Source of the DNA: Anaeramoeba ignava BMAN
Lineage: Eukaryota; Protista; Anaeramoebae
Length of the DNA: 64,000 nucleotides
Assembly: GCA_028826165.1 (NCBI GenBank)
Contig: JAPDFW010000065.1
Coordinates: forward strand, 310,001 to 374,000
Reading direction: 5' to 3'
This document shows positions 39,117-53,836 of this stretch, in pieces. Position 1 is the first letter of the stretch. Each line of letters begins with the position of its first letter. Under the pieces are notes generated by a model, which worked only from the letters and a program-made list of their open reading frames with translations, had not been told where the DNA came from and ran no database searches. The position numbers and the translations under genes were made by a program.

Positions 39117-41854
39117 TTAATTATGTTTTGAATGATGACTTGAAGATCTATGACTTGAATGATGATGATGATGGTGATGATGACTATCTTTAGAATGATG
39201 ATGATCACTATCTTTAGAATGATGAGATGAATGATGATGATTAGATTTAGATTTAGGTTTAGGTTTATGTTTAGATCTATGATGTTTATCCCTATTTTTA
39301 TCATCATCCGATTCAACAGCATCACTTTCATATTCAAGAATTGAACTATCATCTTCATCATCATCATCTTCATCATCTTCATCTTCATCTTCATCTTCAT
39401 CAATATCTGAAATAGAAACTGGATTTAAAAGTGGATCATCAATTTCTGAATCACTTGATTCATATTGAATAACTTCTTTTCCCATTTCTTTATTAAGAAG
39501 ACTCATAAAATCACTTTTACTTTCTTCTAAATTATCTTGTTGTTCATGAAATTTTCGTATTTCTTGTTCTTTTAAATGTGCAATTGCATCATTTCTAACT
39601 GATTTTCTTTGATTTTGTGAATTTTGAGTTGGTTTTTCTTTTCTATTAAACATATAATCAAGAATATCTTGAGTATCTTCATTACTTTCTTGATGAGTTT
39701 CATGATGAGTTTCTTCATAATTTTCTTTGATTTGATTTGTTTTGATTTCATGATGTTGTTCTTTAAATGGATTTTGATTGTTTTCTTCTTTATTTTCTTT
39801 AATTGGATTTTGATTGTTTTCTTGATTTGTATTTTTTTTAGGAAAAACTGTTGATTTATTTGATATTTGAGTTTGTGTTCGTGGTTTTGGGAAATTTGTA
39901 CTTTGACTTAATGGTGCTTTTCTTTGTGGAGGTGGATTTTTTGGTCTATTTGGTTTTGGGAAATGAGATGGTTTTTTTGTTTCTTGATTTTGATTTGAAT
40001 TTTGATTTTGATTTTGATTTTGATTTTGATTTTGATTTTGATTTTGATTTTGATTTTGATTTTGATTTTGATTTTGATTTTGATTTTGATTTTGATTTTG
40101 ATTTTGATTTTGATTTTCATGAGTTATAATTTTAACTTCTGTTTTTTCATCATTTACAAATAATTCTGTTTGTGCTCTTCTTTTTTCTTTTTTACTTTCT
40201 GAATTTAAATTTTCATTTGTATTAAATTCATCAGAAATATAACTTGATTTTTGAGTATTTTCTTGATTTTGATTTGAATTTTGATTTTGATTTTGATTTA
40301 AATTTTGATTTTGATTTTGATTTTGATTTTGATTTTGATTTGATTTTGATTTTGATTTTGATTTTGATTTTGATTTTGAATTTTGATTTTGATTTTCTTT
40401 ATGTTTTTCTTTATGTTTATGTTTATGACTGTGTTTCTTTTTGATTTTAGTTTTAGATTGATAATCACTATGATAAATTTTTTCTTTTTGTGTTAAAATA
40501 GTTGTATCAACCCAATTATCAGGATCAACTTTTGGAACAATAGATAATAAACTTTTAATTTGATTAAAATAAGTTTCCATAAATCCTCCAAAAGTTAAAA
40601 CTAACTAATTAATTAAATAAATTTGAAATTAAAATGGATTTTAAAAGGAAAATCTTTTTATCTTTTTATCTTTTTATCTTTTTATCTTTTTATCTTTTTA
40701 TCTTTTTAGAATTTTTACATTTACAAATGGACTATCCATTGCTTCTGTTCGATTTTTATATAAAGATCCCATTTCATTAATACAAATTTCATTAATTTCA
40801 TCAAATTCTTCTGAAGCTTTTTTAAGTTCTTCTTCTGCCTTTTTTTTTAATTTTAATTTTAATTTTTAATTTTAATATTAATTTTAAATTTTAAATTTTA
40901 ATTTTAATTTTAATTTTAATTTTAATTTTAATTTTAATTTTAATTTTAATTTGAATTTTAATTTTATTTTAATTTTAATTTTAATTTTAATTTTAATTTT
41001 AATTTTAATTTTATAAATGAATTTTAAATTCAAACTTTCACTAATTTATTTGGATCTTTTGGTGGTTTTTCTACAAGTTTAGAAACTTTTCTTCTTGCAA
41101 AATCAAATTCAGTTTGTTTTCTGTTTCTTTCTTTAAGTTTAGGTTTTAAAACACCAAAAATAGTAATATTTTTTCCAGAAGGTTCAACAGTTAATCCTGT
41201 TATTTTTTCTTCCTTTTTAATTAATTAATTAATTAAATTTTTTCATTTAAATTTTTTAATTTAAATTTTTTAATTTAAATTTTTTATTCACAATTAAATT
41301 TAATCCATTTTCTGATAAAGTTTTATGAACTTCATTAAATTTTTCTGCTGTTTTTCTTAATTTTGCATTTGGATCTGAATAAAAATCCAATAAATCAACT
41401 GATAATTTTGCAGAATTATCTCTAAAAATAAAATTTAAATTAATTTTTTGACATTTTTGACATTTTTTTTGACATTTTTTTTTACATAAAAGTTCTTAAA
41501 GAATCTCTCATTTTAATAAAACCAGTATAAATATTTCCAAATTGTTTTTCAATAAGTAAAAAATTCTATTTATTTTTTTTTATATTTAAAAAAATTTTAA
41601 TTTATTAAAAAGAATAAAAAATATTTGATTTTGTTTTGATTTATTTTTACTTTATTTTCTTCTTCAAATTGTGTATCAACAGTTTTTTCTGCTTTTCGAT
41701 ATTTTTGTAAAAACTTTTTTTGATTGAATGAAAAAATAAAAAAATAAAAAATAAAAATTTTAAACATAAATGAAAATTAATTAATTAAAGATTTGCTAAA
41801 AAAAACCTTTTGTTGGCCTCTTTGTAAACTTTTTTTAATTTTTGCCCAACTCAT
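39117..41854 (-). CDS. N-BAR domain protein (amphiphysin/Rvs-like) with long low-complexity tail
   Basis: Multi-exon gene: MSWAKIKKSLQRGQQK|FLQKYRKAEKTVDTQFEEE..KERNRKQTEFDFARRKVSKLVEKPPKDPNKLVK|AEEELKKASEEFDEINE; the last exon includes ORF 39117-40580. Confidence 0.82.
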
Positions 41855-41962
41855 TTAAATTAAAAAACAAAACAAAAACAAAATAAAAAAAATGAAAAAA
41901 AATTAAAAAAATTATTTTTCATTTTTTTCTTTTTTTTTCAATTTTTTTTTTAAAATAAAAAA

Positions 41963-44900
41963 ATGTCTCAAAATCAAAAAGAATTTCAAAAAAATGAACT
42001 TCCTTTTATTGGTTTAAATCCTACAGCAGTATTTCAAGAAGCTAAAATGTTCGATGATACAAAAATTAAACCAAAAGAATGTGCTCAAGTTTTAACAAAA
42101 ATTCTTTATGTTTTATCTCAAGGTTATATTAATAAAATGACAAAAACTGAAGCAACAAATTTATTTTTTGGAATTACTAAATTATTTCAATCAAATGATG
42201 TAAGTTTTTTTTATTATTTAAAATTAAAATTCATTTATAAAATTAAAATTCATTTAAAATTAAAATTAAAATTTAAAATTAAAATTAAAATTAAAATTAA
42301 AATTCATTTATAAAATTAAAATTAAAATTAAAATTAAAATTCATTTATAAAATTAAAATTAAAATTAAAATTAAAATTAAAATTAAAATTAAAATTAAAA
42401 TTAAAATTAAAATTAAAATTAAAATTAAAATTAAAATTAAAATTAAAATTAAAATTAAAATTCATTTATAAAATTAAAATTAAAATTAAAATTAAATTTA
42501 AAATTAAAATTAAATTAAAATTAAAATTAAAATTAAAATTCATTTAAAATTAAAATTAAAATTCATTTATAAAATTAAAATTAAAATTAAAATTAAAATT
42601 AAAATTAAAATTAAAATTAAAATTAAAATTAAAATTAAAATTAAAATTAAAATTAAAATTAAAATTAAAATTAAAATTAAAATTAAAATTAAAATTAAAA
42701 TTAAAATTAAAATTAAAATTAAAATTCATTTATAAAATTAAAATTAAATTTAAAATTTAAATCAAAATTCATTTATAAAATTAAAATTAAAATTAAAATT
42801 AAAATTAAAATTAAAATTAAAATTAAAATTAAAATTAAAATTAAAATTAAAATTAAAATTAAAATTAAAATTAAAATTAAAATCAAAATTCATTTATAAA
42901 ATTTATAAAATTTAAAATTAGTTAATACTTCGAAGAATGTGTTACCTTGTTCTTAAAGAATTATCCAAAAAAAGTGAAGATGTAATAATGATTACACAAA
43001 GTTTAACAAAAGATATGAATTCAAAATCAACAGTATTAAAAGCAAATGCAATCAAAGTATTATCAGAAATATTAGAAACAAACATGTTAACTTACATAGA
43101 AAAATACATTAAACAAATGATAGTTCACAAAGATTCTCACATATCATCAGCAGCATTATCATCAGCACATCACATTTTTACAAGAGCACCTGAAATTGTG
43201 AGGAAATGGATCGGAGAAATCCAAGAAGCAATCCATTCACAAAATGAATTTGTTCAATATTTGGCTTTGGGTCTTCTTTTCAAAATTAAACAAAAAGATA
43301 AATTGGCTGTTAGAAAACTTGTTATAACAATGATTAGCTCAAAATCAATTATAAAATCCCCATTTACTCACATGATTTTAATTCGTCAAATCAAGGAATC
43401 AATTTTATTAGAAAGTGAAGAAGATAAAAGAAGACTTTATTTTGATTATTTATCAAACTGTTTAAAACAAAGATCAGAAATTGTTGTTTTGGAAGTTGCG
43501 AAAATAATGTATTTTCTCAGACTTGAAAAACCAAATTTAGTTCCCAAAAGTGAATTATTACTCACAATAACAGCTTTGCAATTATTACTTGATGAAAAAT
43601 CTTTATTAATAATATCAGCATTAAGAGTTATTGAAGATTTTTCAAAATTGGAACCTATTCTTGTTTCAACAATCAATAAAAATATCCAAAAATTAGTTGA
43701 AAATCCAAATTTACAAATTGCAACATTGGCTGTTACAACATTATTAAAAACAGGGAATGAAGAATCTATTGATGGATTATTAGAAATTATCACGAAAATT
43801 TTTGATAGAATTTCAGAAAGTTTTAAACTAACAATAATCAGAGCTATTAAAATTTTAACAATTAAATTCCCGAAAAAATCCCAATCTTTATTTCAATTTC
43901 TTTTAAGAGCAATTTCGGGAAATGGAGATTATGAATATAAATCAACTGTTGTGGATTCTTTGAATGATATTATTGAAAATGTTCCTGAAAATATTCCAAG
44001 AGTACTTTCTGTTTTATGTGAAGTTATTGAAGATTGTGAATATAATAATTTGTCAATTAAAATTATTCATTTACTTGGAAATTTGATACCAAAATCAAAA
44101 GAACCTGAGAAATTTATTCGATATATTTTCAACAGAACATTACTTGAAGAACCACATGTTAGAGCAAGTGCAATTACAGCATTAGCTAAAATTGCAGGAA
44201 TTGGAATAAAAAGCAACAATATTTTAAAAGACAATCAAAATCAAAAAGAAAAAGAAAAAGAAAAAGAAAATTCAAATTTAAAAAGTTTAAAAGAAATTCG
44301 ATCAAGAATTATTCCTTTAATTAAACAATGTTTGAATGATGAAGATGATGAAGTTAGAGATCGTGCTGTTTTTTATTATAATATTATTCAAGAAGAAGAA
44401 GATAAAGCTTCTAAATTATTACTTGATCCTTTACCAGTTTCTTTGGATTCAATAGAACAATATTTACTAAATTATAAAAGAAATTCATTAACAGATGAAA
44501 TTAATATTAATGAATTTAATGAGATTATAATTCCTCAAGGTATTTAATTATTTAATTAAATATTTCAATTCAATTTTAAAAATTTTAATATTTAAAAATA
44601 TTTAAAAATATTTAAGAAAAAGAAAAGAAAGAAGTTAAAAAAGAAAAATCACCTCTTGAAGACATTCCTAAAGAATTTCAATCTTTGGGTATTCCTTTTA
44701 CAATTTCAAGTCCTTTATCATTAACAGAAAAAGAAACAGAATATGTTGTAGAATGTTCAAAATTTATTTTTCCAGGATTTATTCTTTTTAAAGTACAACT
44801 TCAAAATTTATAAAAATAATATTTAAATTTAAAAATTAAATTAAAAATAATATTTAAATTTAAAAATAATATTTAAATTCAAAATAATATTTAATTTTAA

Positions 44901-46034
44901 AATAATATTTAAATTCAAAATAATATTTAAATTCAAAATAATATTTAATTTCAAAATAATATTTAATTTCAAAATAATATTTAAAATAATATTTAAATTT
45001 AAAAATAATAATTAATTTAAAATAATATTTAAATTTAAAATAATATTTAATTTTAAAATAATATTTCAAAATAATATTTAATTTTAAAAATAATATTTAA
45101 ATTCAAAATAAATTCAAAATTAATATTTAATTTCAAAATAATATTTAAATTCAAAATAATATTTAAATTCAAAATAATATTTAATTTAAAAATAATATTT
45201 AAATTAAAAATAATATTTAAATTTAAAATAATATTTAAATTTAAAAATAATATTTAAATTCAAAATAATATTTAAATTCAAAATAATATTTAAATTCAAT
45301 ATAATATTTAATTTAAAAATAATATTTAAATTTAAAATAATATTTAAATTCAAAAAATAATATTTAAATTCAAAAATTTAAATTAAAAAAAAAAGTTTGA
45401 TTGCACAAATACAATTGAAGATCAATTACTTTCAAAAGTTAAAGTTGAAATGACACCAACAAATAAAGAGTTTTCACTTGAAAAACAAATTGAAATACCA
45501 AAATTAGAATATGATAAAAAACAAACAGGATTTATATGTTTCAAAACAAATAAAGAATTTCCAGTAGGATCATTTACAAATACATTACATTTTGTTTCAC
45601 AAACTTTTGATACAACTTTAAATGATGTTGTTGATGATGGATTTGAAGATGAATATCAACTTGAAGATATTAATATTATAATTTCTGATTATATTCAAAA
45701 AATTCAAGAAAATAATTTTGAAGAAAAATGGAAAAATTTAGAAGATAAATTTGAATCTAATAATAAAGTTACTTTATCAGCATTTAAATCAATTAATGAA
45801 GCTGTTGAAAATATTTGTGAATTTTTAGGTTTAGCTGCTTGTAAAAATACTGATAAAGTTAATGATCCAAAATCTCAAAATCATATTTTATTATTAAGTG
45901 GAAAATTTTTAGGAAATATTGATATTCTTGCTTTTGCAAAATTGAAATTTATTGAAAATGAAGGAGTTTTATTAGAAATTAAAGTTCGTTCAACAAATCA
46001 ATTAGTTTGCGAATCAATTATAAATGCAATTTAA
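41963..46034 (+). CDS. COPG: Coatomer subunit gamma
   Basis: VFQEAKMF..EATNLFFGITKLFQSND|LILRRMCYL..IEDCEY..RYIFNR..DEDDEVRDRA..LTEKETEYVV..FEDEYQLED. Confidence 0.93.
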
Positions 46035-46770
46035 ATTTAATTTCAATTTCAATTTCAATTTCAATTTAATTTCAATTTTAATTTCAATTTCAATTTCAAA
46101 TTTAATTTCAATTTCAATTTCAAATTTAATTTCAATTTCAATTTCAATTTCAATTTCAATTTTAATTTCAATTTCAATTTCAAAATCAATTTTAATTTCA
46201 AAATCAATTTTAATTTCAATTTTTCAAATTTAATTTCAATTTCAAATTTAATTTTCAATTTCAAAATCAATTTCAATTTCAAATTTAATTTTAATTTTAA
46301 ATTTTCAATTTCAATTTCAATTTCAATTTTAATTTCAATTTCAATTTTAATTTCAATTTCAAATTCAATTTCAATTTCAATTTTAAATTTCAATTTTAAA
46401 TTCAATTTCAATTTCAATTTCAAAATCAAAATCAATTTTAAATTTTAATTTCAATTTCAATTTCAATTTTAAATTTCAATTTCAATTTCAAAATCAATTT
46501 CAAAATCAATTTTAATTTTAAAATCAATTTCAATTTCAATTTCAAAATTAATTTTAATTTCAATTTTAAATTTCAAATTTAATTTCAAAATCAAAATCAA
46601 TTTTAAATTCAATTTTAAATTTAATTTTAATTTCAAAATCAATTTCAATTTCAATTTTTTTCAATTTCAATTTCAATTTCAAATTCAATTTCAATTTTAA
46701 TTTCAATTTTAATTTTCAATTTTAAATTCAAAATAAATTTTTTTTTTGAAATAAAAATCAAATTAAAAAA

Positions 46771-46800
46771 TTCATTTTTTCATTTTTCATTTTTCATTTT
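46771..46800 (+). promoter_or_regulatory. Initiator-like TTTTCATTTT motif cluster (representative instance)
   Basis: The same motif sits about 20-70 bp upstream of most ATGs on the coding strand. Confidence 0.6.
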
Positions 46801-46820
46801 ATTTTTTTTAAAATTCAAAA

Positions 46821-49800
46821 ATGTCAAAAACAATTCCAATTGAAATTAGAACATTACTTTATCGAATTGCTTTTCATGCACAAACTTCAAATTTAAAAAC
46901 ATCACCAACAGAACAAATAACAAGAGTAGATCCTTTAGAAATTTTAAAAAGATGGGTTAATTATCATGTTTCACAAAAAATTAATAATAATATTACAAAT
47001 TTTACAACTGATTTTGAAGTAAAAAAAAAATAAATTAAAAAAAGCAAAAATAAATTTAAAATTTAAAATTTTTTTAATAAGGATTTAAATGTTATTTCAA
47101 TTTTACTTGAATCTTTATCTGGTGAAGACTTTTCAATTCTTATAAACAATGATAATTTACAAACAAAAGAACAAATTTTTAATGATTTATTAAAGCAAAT
47201 TAATTATACAGATTTTTTTTGTTCAATTGATGATTTTTTAAATGTATTTTTAATTCCAAATTATTTTAATTTTAATTAATTATTAATTTTAATTAATTTT
47301 TTAATTTAGGGAAGAGAAGAATTAATAATTAAATTTCTTGCAAAATTATTTATTTGGAATCCTGGTTTTGATCAAAAAAAAACAACAACAACAACAACAA
47401 CAACAACTTCAATTCCAAAAACAATAACAACTTCAATTCCAAAAACAACAACAATATCAACTTCACCTAATTTAAATCAATCAACTGTGAAAATTAATTT
47501 ATAAAATAAAATTAAAATTAAAATTAAAAATTTATAAATTAAAATTAAATTTAAAATTAAATTTAAAATTAAAAAGGTTACAAGTAAACCAAAATTATCT
47601 ACAGATGTTAATCAATTTTTAGCAAGATTAAAAAGTAAAAAAAGTCCAAATTTATCATCAATTTTAGCAAATAAATTTACAATGCCAAAAGTTACACAAG
47701 AAGAAAAAGAAGAAATAGAAAAAGAAGAAAAAGAAGAAATAGAAAAAGAAGAAATAAGAGAAGAAATAAAAGAAACAGAAGATATTGAATCCGAAAAAAT
47801 TACAAATCAAGAAGATGAAATTGAAGATGAAATTGAATATAAAAATCAATTCAAAAATCAATTCAGAAATCAAAAACAAGAAGAAAGAAATTTACCAAAT
47901 TTTAGAGAATTACTTCAAAAATCAAAAGAACAAGGATTTAAACTTGATATAAAATCATCAATTGAAGGAGATGATAGTGTATTAAAACCAGCACCATTTA
48001 ACCTTCCACAAAACATCCAAGATTTAATCAACAAAGAAAAAAAACAAATTATCAAAACAAGGAAAATTATTAAAAAAGCTAAAATGCTAAATACTGAAAA
48101 AAATTATGATCATATTCAAACAATAATTGATAAAACTAATTTGCAAATCAATGAACTTTTTGTTGTTAAAGAACCTAAAATATTTAAGAAAAAGCAAACT
48201 AAAGTTAGTGCAAATATCACAGATGAATTGGATCCAAAAGATCAAGAAACATTTTCTAAAATGTCAACTTCTATTAAAGAAATAAAACAAACAATGCAAT
48301 CATATTTTGAAAATATTTCTTCAATATTTCTTGGAATTGATGATGTTTTCCCAAAATTTAATGAAGCAATTTTGAAAGTTTCAGATCATATTCAAACAAT
48401 TAAAGAAATTGGATCAAACAAAGATGTATTACTGATATAAAAAAAAATAATAATAATTAAATTTATTTACATTTTTATATAATTTAAAAATTTATAAGAA
48501 TCAAAATCAAACAAAAAGTCACTATTATTTTATTACTCAATTTCTTTCAGTTTTAAGAGAACAAAATGTACCAAATATGACAAAACAAATCAAGAATCAA
48601 ATTTCAGAATTAATTTATGGAATGGATATATTAGAAAATAATTACTTTAATAAATGGAAAGAAATTATTGATTTATTAACTCAAAAAAATGTCATTCCAA
48701 GTCCAAGTTCAGATAATCTTATTCTAAATCAACTTTATTCAAAATTTAATCGTTTCATTTATTTCCAATTAATCAAAAAACATATTGTTGAATTTTTATT
48801 ACAAAAATTAGATGTTGAAAATCGTATATATATATTTATATTTTTAAATTTTAAAGAGAAAAAATTTCTAACAAAAATATATATATATTCTTTTATTAAT
48901 TTATAGATTTAAGATTGTTTAAACCAGAAATTTTAAGAAGATTTGATAATATATTATTTGGAAGTTTTGATATAAATTTATTTGTAGAACCATTATTATT
49001 ATTATTCAGTCATTTTCCAGAACAAAAAATGGATCTATATGTAAATTATCAAAAATTTAAATTAAAAAATTAAAATTAAAAAATTAAAATTAATAATAAA
49101 TTTAGAGCATTAATCTCTTTATCCAAGAAGTTAAAAAGAAATCATTTGGAGATACACTTAAATTAATATTAAACAATTTAGTTCCAAAAGAAATAAGAGA
49201 TTCAATTGAAAAAGTAATAAAAGATCCAAACAATACTGAATTAAAAAGAGTATTTGAAAAAGGAAAAGAAATAATTAAAGATCTTCTTCCAGATGAAGAG
49301 ATATACTTTTTAACAGCATTATTCGACAAAGCAAACAATCAAGAATTAGTTAAAAATATATCGGGAGCTATTTTTTATTTTTTTGATGATTTCAATGAAA
49401 GTTTAAATCTAATTAAAATGATGATTCCACAAGAAGTTGCAAGAACAGTTTCTGCAGGAACTTTATTAAAAACAGATTTTACAGGCGAATTTGTAAATTT
49501 ATATTCAAGACAGAATGGGAAATCTTATATCAAAAAAACAATTGCGAAATTAGTTGATGATTTTTGTAAATCAGATTTATCTCTTGATGTTGATCCTTCT
49601 GATAGTCAATTTGAAGGCGATGCTCAACAAAATATTTCTAATTTTCAATCTCAACTTGATTTATTTGCTAATGCTATTCTTACTTCTGCTTCTTCTGCTC
49701 CTCTTTCTTTTAAATTGTTTGCTACTTTGATTAAACAAAATTTAATTGTTCGTTTTCCTGATCATTATATTTCAGTTATTTGCACTTTTATTTTACTTCG

Positions 49801-50965
49801 TTATTTCTGTGAAGCTTTGAAAAATCCAAAACAATTTGAATTAATTAATTGTAAAAAATTCAAATTTAAATTCAATTTAAATTTATAATTTATAATTTAA
49901 AAATTTATTTAAAAAGATGAACCGTCTCCAAAAAGCTAAAAGAGGTTTGGAAAATATTGCATTTGCTTTTGAAAAATTAGCAATTGGTTCAACATTTGGA
50001 GCAAATCTTAATCAATATGCTCCTCTTAATACTTCAATGATTAAATTATTTTCAGGTCGTTCAAAATTTATTAATGAAATATCAGTAAAATTTAATTCCA
50101 AAATGATTTAAATTCAAACAATAATTTTAAAATTTCATTTTAAAAAAATTATTTTTAGTCTTTAAATATAAATTCATTTGATGAAAATGATATAAAAAAA
50201 GAAATGGAAAATGCAAAATTATATTCACAAAAAAATTCATTCCAAGGAAAAAAAGAACCAAAATATGAAATCAATTTAGAAGAATTAGAATATCCATTTC
50301 TTATGATTGGATCACTTCTTTTTATAAAAAAAAACATTCCATTTAGTTTAATGACGAGATTAGGAACATATCAAATTGAAAAAAATCATCGAGAAATTTA
50401 TGAATTAAATCAAGAAATGCTTCAAATTAATGAATATTTAGATGATTTAGAAATTTTATTGAATAATTATAAAGATGAAAGTAAATCAGTTGAAAAGCAA
50501 TTAATTCTTAATGAATCAACAAATCAAAATGAAAATCAAAATCAAAATGAAAATCAAGAAGAACAAAAACAAAAGGAAGTTATTGATTATTCAGAAATGA
50601 GTGATTCAGAATTAAAAGAAGTTTGGGGAAATTTAAGTGATATTGAAGCAACAAAAGAAGGAAATGTTTATTTTTCAAAAACTGGTGGAACTTTTAGTTG
50701 GAAAAAAAGATATCTTGTTTTAAAAAAGAATATTCTTGCTATTTTCTCTTCTCAATCAAGTTATAAAGATTCTCGACCTAAAGAAACTATTGTAGTTAAA
50801 TCTTCTTATTTAATTGGTTTTTCTAAGAAAGTTACTTATCGTAAAAAATCTACTTTTCAAATTACTATTCCTAATCGTTCTCATCCTTTATCTTTTGCTT
50901 TTGATCATTTAACTGAATGTGAAGATTGGATTCATAAATTAAGATCAATAAGAAAGAACAATTAA
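46821..50965 (+). CDS. CH domain + RasGAP-like domain + C-terminal PH protein
   Basis: CH: EILKRWVNYHV..ITNFTTDFE|D. GAP: EVARTVSAGTLLKTD..GKSYIKKTI..DVDP..FILLRYFCEALKNP. PH: KEGNVYF..SWKKRYLVL..W. About 9 short introns. Confidence 0.75.
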
Positions 50966-51629
50966 TTTCCATTTCCATTTCCATTTCCATTTCCATTTCC
51001 ATTTCCATTTCCATTTCCATTTCAAATTTAAATCAATTTTCAAATTTAAATCAATTTTCAAATTTAAAATCAATTTTCAAATTTAAATCAATTTTCAAAT
51101 TTAAATCAATTTTCAAATTTAAATCAATTTTCAAATTTTCAAATCAATTTTCAAATTTAAATCAATTTTCAAATTTAAATCAATTTTCAAATCAATTTTC
51201 AAATCAAAATCAATTTTCAAATTTAAATCAATTTTCAAATTTAAATCAATTTTCAAATCAAAATCAATTTTCAAATTTAAATCAATTTTCAAATTTAAAT
51301 CAATTTTCAAATTTAAATCAATTTTAAAATCAATTTTCAAATCAATTTCAAATCAATTTTCAAATTAAAATCAATTTTCAAATTTAAATCAATTTTCAAA
51401 TTTGAAATTGATTTTTAATTTTTGATTTAAATTTTTTTTTCTTTTAAAAAATTTTCAATTCAAAATGAATAAAATCAAAAAATTTTCAAATTTTTTCATT
51501 TTTCAAATCAAAATTTTTAAAATTAAATTTTTAAATTATAATGAGTTTAATTGAAATCAATTTTCAAAGATGGAAATTTTGAAAATTTAAAAACTTATAA
51601 ATTTAAAGCTGATTTTAAATTTAAAAAGT

Positions 51630-53779
51630 GAAATGACAAGTTTACATCATGCAGCTACAAATCAATTTTAATTTAGATATTCTTGATTTTGTTTGTTTAA
51701 ATTTTTAATTTTTGATTTAAATTTTCTTTTTCTTTTTAAAAGTTTAAAAGAATAAAATCATTTTAAAATTAAATTTAAATTTTTAAATTATAATGAGTTT
51801 TAAAATTAAAATTTGAAAGTTAAAATTAAAATTAAAATTAAATGAAAGATGAAAAAATTAAGTTTAAATCATTAAAATCCAAATTTAAAATAATATTAAA
51901 ATTTTGTTTTAAAATTAAAAAAATTAAAATTAAAATTAAAAATTAAAATTAAAATTAAAATTAAAATTAAAATTAAAATTAAAAATTAAAATTAAAATTA
52001 AAATTAAAAATTAAAATTAAAATTAAAATTAAAATTAAAAATTAAAATTAAAATTAAAATTAAAATTAAAATTAAAATTAAAATTAAAATTAAAATTAAA
52101 AATTAAAATTAAAATTAAAATTAAAATTAAAATTAAAAATTAAAATTAAAATTAAAAATTAAAATTAAAATTAAAATTAAAATTAAAATTAAAATTAAAA
52201 TTAAAAATTAAAATTAAAAATTAAAATTAAAATTTAAAATTAAAATTAAAATTAAAATTAAAAATTAAAATTAAAATTAAAATTAAAATTAAAATTAAAA
52301 TTAAAATTAAAATTAAAATTAAAATTAAAATTAAAATTAAAATTAAAATTAAAATTAAAATTAAAAATTAAAATTAAAATTAAAATTAAAATTAAAATTA
52401 AAATTAAAATTAAAATTAAAATTAAAATTAAAATTAAAATTAAAATTAAAATTAAAATTAAAATTAAAATTAAAATTAAAATTAAAATCAAAATTAAAAT
52501 TAAAAAGTTATTAGAAAAAGGAGCAGATCCTAATGCAAATGATCAAGATGAAAATACACCACTTCATAAAGCAGCATTCAAAGGAAATCTTGAAGGAATT
52601 TTATCACTTCAAAGATATAAAGCAGAATCTCAACCAAATAGATATAACAAAAAGCCCGATTATTTAGCTTCAAGATTTGGAAATGAAAAATGTTTAGAAG
52701 CATTATTAAATCCAGGAAAAATACAAAGTGAAAGAAATCCAACTCAAAAACAAGAATCAAAAAAAATAGAGGAAAAAAAAGAAATACAAGAAAATGAATC
52801 AAATCAAGTTGAAAATGAATCAAATCAATCAAATCAAGAAAATCAAAATGAAAATCAATTAAATCAAAATGAAAATCAAGAAAATCAAATAGAAAATCAA
52901 GAAAATCAAGAAAATCAAGAAAATCAATTGGAAGATCAAGAAGATGAACAAGAAGATGATGCACAAGAAAGTGAATCAGAACAAAGTGATGAAGATGATG
53001 ATCAACAACAAGAAATCAAATCAAAATCCAAATCAAAATCCAAAATGAAAAATTTACAAATTCAACAACCTTTTATTATTCCAAAAAATCGAGTTTTAAA
53101 ATATAAACCATCAAACATTAAGAGATTGAATTATAAACCTTTATTTCAATGGGATTTAAAGGATGTTGCTGATTGGATTTATTCGATTGGACTTGAAGAA
53201 TATGTTCCAAATTTTATTAGAAATCATATAACTGGATCTGAATTACCATTTTTAACACTAGAAATATTAGAAAAAGAAATAGAAATCAAATCATTTGGAG
53301 CAAGAAGAAAAATAGCAGAAAGAACTGCTTTATTACATTCAAATAATTCTAATTTAGATACTATGAATACTAACTTAAATTCATTCGGTTTTGTTTTTCC
53401 ACAAAATTTTCAAAATTTAGAAAATTCTTCTCAAATTAAAAAATCAATTGGAATCAGTATTTTTTGTTTTATTCAAAAATCTCAAGTTGAAAACAAATAT
53501 TTTTCAAAAGAAAATGACAACAAAAAAAATTCCGATTTTTTCTCAAATTTTCAAAATCAAATTTATATTCAAATTTATTTAGAAAATCCTTCTATTAATT
53601 TATTAAGAAATAAATTATCAAAAAAATTGGAAATTGAAATTTCTCAAATTAATAAAATTATTACTAAAGAAGAACCTCATATTTATATTATTGATGATGA
53701 TGATGTTGCAATGCTTAAAGATGGTCAATATTTAGCTTTAGAAATAATTGAAAAAGAAAAGAAAAAGAAATTAAAATAA
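51630..53779 (+). CDS. Ankyrin + SAM + ubiquitin-like C-terminal domain protein; 5' part disrupted or unresolved
   Basis: LLEKGADPNANDQDENTPLHKAAFKG from 52508; SAM domain WDLKDVADWIYSIGLEEYVPNFIRNHITGSEL; several frameshifts; start codon not resolved. Confidence 0.6.
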
Positions 53780-53836
53780 AAAATATTTTTTTTTCATTTT
53801 TCATTTTTCATTTTTTTAATTTGTTTTTTTTTTAAA

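Noticed and set aside
50966-51022. (TTTCCA)n as an interstitial telomeric repeat
   Set aside because: Only about 9 copies directly after a stop codon, grading into another local repeat; no support for telomeric identity.
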